DNA of 64,000 nt. Origin: Octopus vulgaris (lineage: Eukaryota). The notes beneath the pieces are model-generated. The model searched no databases. It worked only from the letters and a program-made list of their open reading frames with translations, and was not told where the DNA came from. The stretch is from NCBI GenBank assembly GCA_951406725.2, contig OX597814.1:16368001-16432000 (forward strand), written 5' to 3'. Shown one piece after another: positions 60,905 through 64,000 of the stretch (position 1 is its first letter; each line of letters starts with the position of its first letter). The position numbers were made by a program, and so were the translations under genes.

Positions 60905-61465
60905 GAAACAGTCCAACGACATTAAACAAAGAAAATTGCATCAATGGAACGATTTGAGCTACTGGGACAGGTTGAAAAAAGCTGCGACTCTTTTCCCTGG
61001 AATGAAGGCGGGAGAGGTATGCAGTGATATATATGTGGAAGATACTGGAAGAAGTGGTACCAAACTTTGGAATAAAGAGCTATACCAGACCACGAACAAG
61101 ATTTCACTGTGCTGTCCCCATTGTGCCGGCTGCTTCATCAACGGGCAAGGACGGTGTACTGCAATAGCTTGAGGTTCAAGGGCCCACTGCTGTTTAACTA
61201 TCTCCCGAAGGATCTGAGGAGCCTCAATTGAGTGGATGTAGACGTTTTAAAACGTGAACTTGACCTCTGGCTCGCCGAGATCCAGGATGAGCCAATATCT
61301 AAGCAAGAAACTCAAAAGAGGGCAGTAGCATCGAACTCCATCCTTCATCAAAAGCCGCTCTGACAAAGGTGGAAAGTGGAAAGATGATTACAATGGCGGT
61401 GCTCCAGCATGGCCACAGTCATTGGGCTGAAACATATAAAATAATAAGAGAATAAAAGAATAAAT
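60905..61465 (+). mobile_element. 3' end of a CR1-group LINE
   Basis: LSYWDRLKK..LFSLE*RRERYAVIYMWKILE..VPN..CNSLRFKGPLLFNYLPK..LKRELDLWL..DEP..SNSILHQ, then a 3' tail. Confidence 0.88.
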
Positions 61466-61908
61466 TAAACAGCATTGTAGTGTTTGTTCTTGTTTGATAC
61501 TCCTTTGTTTTCGAATTGCAGAGTATACCGTAAATCCTTTGTGTTCTCTTCTATCGATGTTAGCCTCGCCTTATAAGTGTTGTATGATGTTATACTTCAA
61601 GTGAGTTTTCCTTTCATATATTCCCGTTTAACTAATAAAATTCTATTGATTTTTACACGTCTCTTTACACATTCGTCAATTTTTGCAAATTATTTATTGA
61701 TGAATTTTCGGATTGCTTTCCCACTAAACTCGGAAAGTCGATTCCGAGACTTTATAAGAAAAGGTTTGTTTATCAATAAATAGAACCGGCTACTCATGCA
61801 GTGTTTCAGTTTGACGTAGTTGTTTAAGATATTTGTCTCATGACACAGAATTGAGGACCAGGTTCTGAACTGCATTTATAAAACTTTACCCATTCTTTAA
61901 AACTGAGA

Positions 61909-61941
<33 letters not shown>

Positions 61942-62593
61942 GGATTGCTTTCCCACTAAACTCGGAAAGTCGATTCCGAGACATTATAAGAAAAGGTTTG
62001 TTTATCAATAAACAGGCTTTTATATTCGATATGTATTCGAATTTGGACAATTTCTATGTAACTTCTCAGTATATGGTAATGATTTGTTTTACATTTCCTA
62101 GTATATAATATAAGTATTTATGTCGTCTCCGTTTGTTTATTTGATTTTCTATAAACGATTCGATCTTGAAATGTCGAAGTATCACGAACCGTTAATCCCT
62201 TGATAGACAGACAACATTTGGATGTTTTAATTAAGTATATTTAGTATATAAGAAATATTACATCGATCCCAAATCGATTCGTGACTTTTATTTCGCTTTT
62301 TTTTTTTCTCAATAGATGACGATGAATATATTAAATAGTCACGATTGAATATTGGCAGGCTCGTTGATGCTTCGAACAAAATAACTTTCAATATATAGTT
62401 ACAATTTTGCGACCAACCTGAATTTCCCTTATTCCAGGGTCAGACGTACCACTCAGATAGTAAGTTTCGATATAAATGTTTTGTTCTCTTGCCTCTAATC
62501 TCAGGTTTTATGCCTAATTTAGGAAGTAATTACAAGTATGCAAGAATAAACAGTTTCCAAGTTCACAAAAACACACACATATACGTATGGAGA

Positions 62594-62630
<37 letters not shown>

Positions 62631-64000
62631 CATGTAGGCACATACACATTCATACACACACACATATATATATTTGTGTGTGTATGTGAATGTGTGAATG
62701 TGTATATGTGTACATGCATATATATATATGTGATATATGCATATGTACATGCATATATATATATGTGATGATCACAAAGAACATGCATTTTTATATACAT
62801 ATATATATATATATACACGTACACACATTCCCATTCACACACTCACACACACGCACACAGACACTCACACACACACACATATATATATGACGGATTTTCA
62901 CATAGTTACCGCCTATCGACTTCAATCGCAAAGCATTATTCGGCCCAGGGCTATAGTAGAAATTGATAGCCCAAGTTGCGGTGCAGTCGGACTGAACCCG
63001 AAACCACACAGTTGCAAAGTGAGCTTATTTAACCACGCAAGCCATGTCTCTGACTTTATATCACAATTGTTCCGAATTAAATATCTAAGCAATACCTGTT
63101 ATCAGTCATTCTATTATTGCTGTCTACTTATTTTGTATCAACAATTGTTGAAAGCTTAATTATTTTCCACATTTGAAGAAAAAGATTTTCGGGGAATGCA
63201 AACATGTTTATGTTATGATATATACGTGTGTGAAGAGGGAGGGAATAACGAAAGATCTTCGGAAAATGTGATACATATAATTTATAACAGTTATTGATAA
63301 CTCTTTTAAAACGTAGATATAATAGTAGTGTTGTATAATAGTAGTGTTGTGTTAAACACAACACTACTATTATATCTGCATCTGAAAAATTCTGTAGCTG
63401 AAACAATGAACCGTGTTACTTTACTACTATGCAAAGTACGTTACGTAGCAACTGATCTTGTTAGAAATACTAGCCAAGTCTGTCTGAAATGATATGTGAC
63501 CAGCTTAAATAAGAAAAGGGCATGTTGAAAACATTTCTAAAACGGTGTGATGATCACAAAGAACATGCATTAAATTACTTGAAAAGGGCTGAACTGCAGT
63601 TTAATAATAATAATAATAAAAAGGCAACTGCTATACAACGGTGGATTTCTTCTGAACTTATATAGTTTTATTTTATATATATAATTATATTATGATTCAA
63701 AAAAGGAAGTACTTCATTATTTTTGAAAGTATCAAATTCAAAATAAATAAATAAACAAAGAAAGAAAAGAGAACATTGCAATGGTTAAAATTTACTAGCT
63801 GATATCATTAGAGATATCATTCTAGGAAAGAATGATAATAACCAAAAAGAAAAGAAAAAAGGGAGAAAAGAACAATAAATCCTTAATACCATGGATAAAC
63901 AAAATGACCCAATTTTTCTCCAAGAAAGAACCTACAGTTAAATAAGCGTCTTTAAAAAAAGGAAATTGTGGTTTGTTTAATATATTTCTAAATATACTGT

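Overview
AT-rich, microsatellite-saturated eukaryotic DNA. The tRNA-headed SINE families and LINE types look like those of an octopus (cephalopod) genome; this is inference from recognition, not a search result. I find no intact host protein-coding gene. Almost all listed ORFs are translations of simple repeats or SINEs. The window is made up of transposon relics: three modular SINE families, four mariner and two Tc1-type relics, two Helitrons, RTE, CR1-like, L1/Tx1-like, R4-like and HERO-like LINE fragments, and several Penelope-like elements (PLEs), one with an open GIY-YIG ORF. The most interesting signal is RNA-level: many hammerhead ribozyme (HHR) motifs. (1) A non-coding 591-bp partial tandem has an HHR in each repeat (retrozyme/pLTR-like, 27237-28235). 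(2) There are further minimal HHRs, one with a U3-A8 core swap. (3) Three motifs carry the hammerhead core in a non-circularly permuted, pseudoknotted order (20118-20210, 20790-20901, and 45030-45094, which starts at its predicted cleavage site). Separately, several duplication-insert-duplication structures at (TA)n tracts contain inserts copied from loci 0.8-3 kb away, suggesting templated break repair. All folds were done by eye, and none has been tested for activity.
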